A stretch of 20,000 bases of DNA from an uncultured virus (IMG/VR IMGVR_UViG_3300050581_000203) (Duplodnaviria; Heunggongvirae; Uroviricota; Caudoviricetes), in the IMG/VR virus record IMGVR_UViG_3300050581_000203. One strand, written 5' to 3'. Below the pieces are notes generated by a model. That model ran no database searches and was not told the origin of the DNA. It saw only the letters and a list, made by a program, of their open reading frames with translations. Each line of letters starts with the position of its first letter. Position 1 is the first letter of the stretch. A program made the position numbers and the translations under genes. Of this stretch, positions 14,983 through 20,000 are shown piece after piece.

Positions 14983-17610
14983 ATGAGTCTCGGTGAGATT
15001 ACACGATACCCAACGCTGACGCTCGCAGTCGTAATCGTTCTAGCCGGGATCATCATTCTCCTGGTAATTGGTATTAGACATAAATTCCCCAATCTAGCGA
15101 AAAGATTACAGATGTTACTGCGGAAGCAGCACATAAATACAGCCCCATCAGAACCTAAAGCAATTGTTTATACCATTGAGGTTCCCCCCAAGACTCCCTA
15201 TAACCCGGGAGTCGCGGTAGCTCTGATCGAACATCTGGTTGAAACTTACGCCAACAATGTGGCCTTCCGCTTAAGCTCGGAGAGTGGCAAGGTCACCTTT
15301 GAGTTGATCGATTTACTACCAGCTGCGTCTCGAGGTGATCCCACCTTGGCTATCAAGTCGGTATATGGCCCGCAAACGGCGGTAAATACCCGTCCCTGGA
15401 CCCCTACACCATATTCAGAACATACCCATTACCACATGCTCGCTCCCCTGTTCCACGGCAGCCAAATTAGAGACGAATGGTATTTGTCCAGTGTCCACCT
15501 TACCGAGGTTAACGCAGACCCGCTGATCTATCTCGTGTATACCATGGGTGAAGCAGCCAAATCTGGCGTCGTGACCAATCTCACCTTCTGCCTATCATCC
15601 GCGACTTTCGGTGACTCAGAGACCCGGGACGAGGCTCGTCGTAAACTTTTAGGCCTACCATCCGACAGTGAGAAGATAGTTAAGGGTATCATCAACACTG
15701 TCGGCTCCATTACCTTGGCTTTTATCGATACTGCACTCGACAGTGTAACGGGGAAACGGGACAGAAGCGGGTATGGGACATCTTACGGTGGCATAGTTCC
15801 TGTAAAATATAAAACCCCACCGCCAGAGCAAATCCTGAAGCAATGTCTTAACAAGGTGAACTCACCTCATCTATATGAGTTGCAAGGCGTTCTGGAAGTC
15901 TATGGGAACGATGAATCCCGAGTTACTGAGGCAGTAGTAAATGTCAGTAGCCACTTAACTAACCGGTATCGCGGTGAAGTGTTAGGAATGGGCATTCACA
16001 AACAGTCGATTATGGGCGAGGCACAAGTCCGTAAGGTAGAAAGCCAAGCTCAGCTCGATACCTACTCTCTCTTCGCTTATACGAATTACCTCCATGAACA
16101 CAATAAATTCCTAAAGAAGACTCTAGCGGTAGTGACCAGCGATGAGCTAGCCGCCCTGTGGCATCTGCCTTATCAAGGCATGGCGGCGGAGTACGCTGTC
16201 TTCTCGTCAGGTAGTCAACCCCCGAAAGATATCCTTGAGAATCAGGAGGGCACTCGTATTGGTCACTATAAGCAACGACCAATATTCATGACTGACCAAG
16301 ACCGCAGACAACATGTCAACATCATTGGTAAAACCGGCACGGGTAAATCCAACCTCATGCTCAACATGATCCGCCAAGATATCAGCCGGGGCAAGGGGGT
16401 CGGTGTCATCGATCCTCATGGAATGTTAGTCAGTGACGTGCTACAAACTGCTATCCCCGACGACCGGATAGGGGACGTCGTCGTTATCGATGTCACTAAT
16501 CGTAACAATCCACCCCCGCTCAATCCCCTGACAATCAAAGACGATAATGGCCAGATTGCGGCAGGCACCTTCACTGAGATGATGAATAGGCTTTACGAAG
16601 ACTTCAGCCGTGCCGAGCGCGCCCAGGTATTTCTCAACGGCGCTCTTCGGACCTTAGCTTACGTGGAGACTCCCACCATCCGTGACGTAGTGAAGCTTCT
16701 TCAGGATGAGGAATTTCTCTATAACACCATCAGTCCCCGTCAGAATGACCAAACTATCGACCCAACCATCAACATATTTTGGACAGAGTTATTCGTACCA
16801 CTTACCGACTCCCAGAAGCGCGACCTACCTTTCCCCGCCATCTACCGCCTGAGCAACTTCTACAGCAGCGATTTTCTCTACCCCATCCTCTGCCATCCCG
16901 ACAGTCTGGAATGGGGAGAACTCATGAGTCAGAATAAGATCATTCTCGTCTCCCTGGACACCGACACTGGCACCGTTAGGAATGATGATCGCCAATTGCT
17001 GGGGACGATGGCTCTATCACAATTTGAAGCCGCGGCAAGACGACTTGGTACTGCTAGTGGGCTTGACTATTACCTATACGTGGATGAAGTGCAAACTTTC
17101 ACCAACACACCACTGAATGCGATGTTTGACGAGATTCGCAAATATGGCATCCGACTCACTGTGGGTAACCAGTACTTGGGCCAACTGAAAGATGAAGTTC
17201 TCGCTTCGATCATGGGCAACGTAGGTGGCAGTTTCATCTTCGAGCTGGGCATTGATGGCAAAGATGCTACAACTCTAGAGGATTACATCCAGCCAAATTT
17301 CAGCAAGGCAGATCTGATCAGTTTGGGTAATTATCACGCCGTCGCCAAAATGAAATATAAAGGTAAAACTGAACCTGCTTTCGATCTTTACCCTTATGGC
17401 CCAGACCCCACCACATCTGAGGAAAAACAGAGGCTCAAGCAACGAGAAGTGCTCATCCGCCAAATGTCCATTGACAAATACACTCCGAGGACCCGAGAGC
17501 AGATCATGGGCTGGCTGAATAGCCGCTACCCTTACCGCAAGATGACTCTGAGTAGAAGTATACGCAGGCAGGAACCATCACCAGATCAGTGGAAAGAGAA
17601 AGGGAAGTGA
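14983..17610 (+). CDS. Type IV coupling-protein-like ATPase (VirD4/TraD/TraG, DUF87-type) with N-terminal TM anchor
   Basis: ATG at 14983 after AGGAGG; N-terminal TM helix; DRRQHVNIIGKTGTGKS, VIDPHG, LYVDEVQ, EIRKYGIRLTVGNQYLGQL. Confidence 0.9.
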   Translation: MSLGEITRYPTLTLAVVIVLAGIIILLVIGIRHKFPNLAKRLQMLLRKQHINTAPSEPKAIVYTIEVPPKTPYNPGVAVALIEHLVETYANNVAFRLSSESGKVTFELIDLLPAASRGDPTLAIKSVYGPQTAVNTRPWTPTPYSEHTHYHMLAPLFHGSQIRDEWYLSSVHLTEVNADPLIYLVYTMGEAAKSGVVTNLTFCLSSATFGDSETRDEARRKLLGLPSDSEKIVKGIINTVGSITLAFIDTALDSVTGKRDRSGYGTSYGGIVPVKYKTPPPEQILKQCLNKVNSPHLYELQGVLEVYGNDESRVTEAVVNVSSHLTNRYRGEVLGMGIHKQSIMGEAQVRKVESQAQLDTYSLFAYTNYLHEHNKFLKKTLAVVTSDELAALWHLPYQGMAAEYAVFSSGSQPPKDILENQEGTRIGHYKQRPIFMTDQDRRQHVNIIGKTGTGKSNLMLNMIRQDISRGKGVGVIDPHGMLVSDVLQTAIPDDRIGDVVVIDVTNRNNPPPLNPLTIKDDNGQIAAGTFTEMMNRLYEDFSRAERAQVFLNGALRTLAYVETPTIRDVVKLLQDEEFLYNTISPRQNDQTIDPTINIFWTELFVPLTDSQKRDLPFPAIYRLSNFYSSDFLYPILCHPDSLEWGELMSQNKIILVSLDTDTGTVRNDDRQLLGTMALSQFEAAARRLGTASGLDYYLYVDEVQTFTNTPLNAMFDEIRKYGIRLTVGNQYLGQLKDEVLASIMGNVGGSFIFELGIDGKDATTLEDYIQPNFSKADLISLGNYHAVAKMKYKGKTEPAFDLYPYGPDPTTSEEKQRLKQREVLIRQMSIDKYTPRTREQIMGWLNSRYPYRKMTLSRSIRRQEPSPDQWKEKGK

Positions 17611-17621
17611 AGGGATAGAAC

Positions 17622-18503
17622 ATGACCACCGGTGAACCATCCAAGCGAGCGAGCCGCTTCGAAAGAGAGGCTAACCCGAAGCGCTTTGTATTAACTAAGC
17701 GAGACAAGGACGTCATTGCCTCAGTAAACCAATACCGACTTCTGTCGCAGTCTCAGATCCAACGCCTACACTTTCCATCCCGTAATACAACTCAGGACCG
17801 CTTGCTACATCTGTGGCAGCATATATACCTTCGAAGACTATATACAAACGGCTTTGTCACTGGGGAAGCACTATATACGCTGGATAGGCGTGGGATTGAG
17901 CTACTACAAGCGGAGCGCGGATTAAGCAAAGACCAAGTCCACGCCTATAAAGGAAAGATCGTTAACCCACTGTCCTTAGATCATACCCTGGCCCTCGCCG
18001 ATATCCGTATCGATGCCGAACTGTCCGCCCGACGACACGGATTACAAATTGCAGCTTGGCTGGACGACCTGGCTACCAAAGCGAGCTACGACCGAGTGCC
18101 AATTGAAAATCACTCGGTCCCCATAATTCCGGACGGGTATTTTACAGTCATAGATGAGGGCGGTACCTTTCACTTTCTCCTCGAATATGATGCCGGAACG
18201 GAAGGGCTTACAACTATCGAACGTAAGTTCCGTGCCTACCAACTGTATCTCGAGAGTGGCCGGTGTGAGAAGCGATATGGGACTAACAAGGTTCGTGTGC
18301 TGTTCATTATTAAAAAACCCGGCCGACGGCTGGATAATGTGCGGCGGACAGCTAAAAACCTACCACTATCTTTCCACTTCTGGATTTCCCACAAACAAGC
18401 AATAGCAGATGATTTCTTTACCGCACCAGTCTGGTTCTCCGGGCAAAAAGAGGCTCCTGCTCCACTCCTCGTCTCCACATTCGCCAAGGGGGACACTACT
18501 TAA
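17622..18503 (+). CDS. Replication-relaxation family protein (Replic_Relax; MOB_C-type relaxase)
   Basis: LTKRD...YRLLSQSQIQRLHF wHTH, HTLAL, IPDGYF, LEYDAGTE, KFRAY; directly downstream of the coupling ATPase. Confidence 0.88.
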   Translation: MTTGEPSKRASRFEREANPKRFVLTKRDKDVIASVNQYRLLSQSQIQRLHFPSRNTTQDRLLHLWQHIYLRRLYTNGFVTGEALYTLDRRGIELLQAERGLSKDQVHAYKGKIVNPLSLDHTLALADIRIDAELSARRHGLQIAAWLDDLATKASYDRVPIENHSVPIIPDGYFTVIDEGGTFHFLLEYDAGTEGLTTIERKFRAYQLYLESGRCEKRYGTNKVRVLFIIKKPGRRLDNVRRTAKNLPLSFHFWISHKQAIADDFFTAPVWFSGQKEAPAPLLVSTFAKGDTT

Positions 18504-18839
18504 ACTGTGGACAAGGCTTGACACTATTTGCTACAATGACGGTGTAGGCAAGAACCAACAATACCCCTCTAACTTAGGCCGGAAGGAGGCAGATGGTAGA
18601 TACAAACCTACCGCGAACGCCGTCGCATGCGTTCACCTAACCACCGCAAGAACCAATCTGTTAGAAAACAGAAGGCCCAGAAGCAGACGGCACCTGCACA
18701 GACCACGTAGGGGTTATTCGTATCACATCACCCCCTCTCTTTTTAAGAATTACAGAGTCCTGTCAGTCAAACCTACACCAACTTCTTTATATCACACAAA
18801 TGGTTGCCGAAAGGGAAACGCGTATAAGCATGTAGGGGG

Positions 18840-19331
18840 TTACATATCTATAGAATCAATGGCATCAGAGAAAGCAGAAGGGACAGATCCCTTAGCTTGG
18901 TCAAACAAATAGTCTATCGCTTGGCGTTCACGACGCAACTTCATCACTTCGTCTAGCATTTCTGTGAGAGCAAACAAACGACCTTTCCTAAAAGTAGGTG
19001 TACTCATGTACTCTAGATTTCTCGGCGTTTTTATGGGGAACCGACTAGCGTCAGGTTTAGGCAAAGAGTTATCTTCAGTACTAAGCACTAATTGTTTTGT
19101 TTGTGTATAAAGCCACAAAGCTTTTTGAGCCATTTGGGCTTGTTCCTCGGTTACGATCCCTCTACCTTTAGCTTCCCTTGTAGCGTCGTAAAGTGTGCCA
19201 TTAGCTAACCAGTCCACCAAGATATCGACTCCTTGGTTCACAGGTGCCGCTGATATGAATTGCTCCGAGAAGTACAAACCACCCCGAGGAACAGATTCAT
19301 TATTTGCTAATGGTTGTTCAGCCTCCGCCAT
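18840..19331 (-). CDS. Hypothetical protein
   Basis: 163-aa ORF with globular-protein composition; no recognised motif. Confidence 0.65.
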   Translation of the reverse strand: MAEAEQPLANNESVPRGGLYFSEQFISAAPVNQGVDILVDWLANGTLYDATREAKGRGIVTEEQAQMAQKALWLYTQTKQLVLSTEDNSLPKPDASRFPIKTPRNLEYMSTPTFRKGRLFALTEMLDEVMKLRRERQAIDYLFDQAKGSVPSAFSDAIDSIDM

Positions 19332-19559
19332 TGTTGGCGAGTCTAGAACAAAACTGGTTGAGATTCAACTCCAACTAATCTGTTGTTATTCACAATCCCC
19401 TTTGTGTTTATCAACGTTTAAAACTTTGAACTCGTATAGGAGTAAACGAAGACACTAGATCCTTTATCCCCCAAAAACTCCCTAATCGTTCTCTACTGGG
19501 TATTCTTCATCTGAGTATTCTCATCTCTATATTATTGGCGCAGGCTAAATTGAAGCTGT

Positions 19560-19656
19560 TCTGAAATCCACCGGTGGGAAACCAGAGATTCACAGGTGGG
19601 ATTCTTGTTTCCCATCGGCGGGAAACAGCCTCGCTTTTACACCGGACCTATCCACA
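19560..19656. repeat. Three 22-bp iteron-like repeats plus a DnaA-box-like 9-mer; candidate origin of element 2
   Basis: GG(T/C)GGGA at 19573, 19595 and 19617 (exact 22-bp period); CTATCCACA at 19648-19656; AT-rich tract around 19500-19540. Confidence 0.6.
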
Positions 19657-20000
19657 ACTCGGGCTTTACCCACGACATACTTGAGGACGTAGATGTTGGT
19701 TCTCCCCTGTCCACGCCGTTCCACATCCAACCATCCGGTGGCCTGCAATTCGAGCACTGCCCGATTGACTGTCGATTTGGTACTTCCCAAATCTTCAGCC
19801 ATGCGTTCCTGTCCAGGATAACAACGGTCATTGCTCCAGGCGTAGGCCAGCAGTTGTGCGTACACCACTTTCGCATTACTGCTCAGGTTTGACTTGAGCA
19901 GAATATTCGGTACCTGTGTAAATCCACCCGCAGAGACCGGGTCGAACCCTTTCAGGACGATATTCTGGTATTTTTCGAGCAGGTCTCCAATGGGCTTCAT
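19590..20000 (-). CDS. Winged-helix (HTH_36) replication-initiator-like protein
   Basis: GFTQVPN..L...LSSNAKVVYAQLLAYAW...CYPGQERMAEDLGSTKSTVNRAVLEL...GWLDVERRGQGRTNIYVL. The ATG is at the window edge, so the true start could lie further out. Confidence 0.85.
   Translation of the reverse strand: MKPIGDLLEKYQNIVLKGFDPVSAGGFTQVPNILLKSNLSSNAKVVYAQLLAYAWSNDRCYPGQERMAEDLGSTKSTVNRAVLELQATGWLDVERRGQGRTNIYVLKYVVGKARVVDRSGVKARLFPADGKQESHL

Larger units (their letters stand above)
10086..20000. mobile_element. Element 2: LSR-integrated mobilisable element (right end outside window)
   Basis: att core at the integrase 3' end; xis-like HTH, nuclease cargo, coupling ATPase + relaxase, HTH initiator + iterons. 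Confidence 0.8.

Noticed and set aside
18518..18537. TTGACA...TACAAT as a -35/-10 pair
   Set aside because: The spacing is only 8 nt; the upstream TGGACA fits better.

Overview
The whole window is mobile DNA: three site-specific integrative elements in tandem, separated by two copies of a 14-bp core, CCCGTCGCGTCCGC (1015-1028 and 10086-10099), that reads like the 3' end of a tRNA-Asp. The tRNA itself is not in the window. Element 0 (<1-1014) contributes only the 3' part of a large serine recombinase (LSR). Element 1 (about 9.07 kb, visibly GC-rich) looks like a capsid-less satellite or integrated replicon. It encodes an LSR, small ORFs and a membrane protein studded with an 11-bp DNA motif, an excisionase-like HTH, a terminase-small-like HTH, a Zn-ribbon/TOPRIM primase, an inverted-iteron origin, an AAA_25 helicase, an RHH protein and a Cre-like tyrosine recombinase with its own palindromic site. 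Element 2 (10086 to beyond 20000, lower GC) looks like an integrative mobilisable element: LSR, excisionase-like HTH, two PD-(D/E)XK nucleases, a VirD4/TraD-like coupling ATPase, a Replic_Relax (MOB_C-type) relaxase and an HTH_36 initiator next to 22-bp iterons. The most striking unexplained signal is a control cassette shared by elements 1 and 2. It consists of a probably leaderless HTH gene whose stop codon forms a -35 box, a covarying two-hairpin RNA and a terminator upstream of the integrase operon. All family calls come from motif recognition by eye, not from database searches. A Chloroflexota-like host is only a guess.
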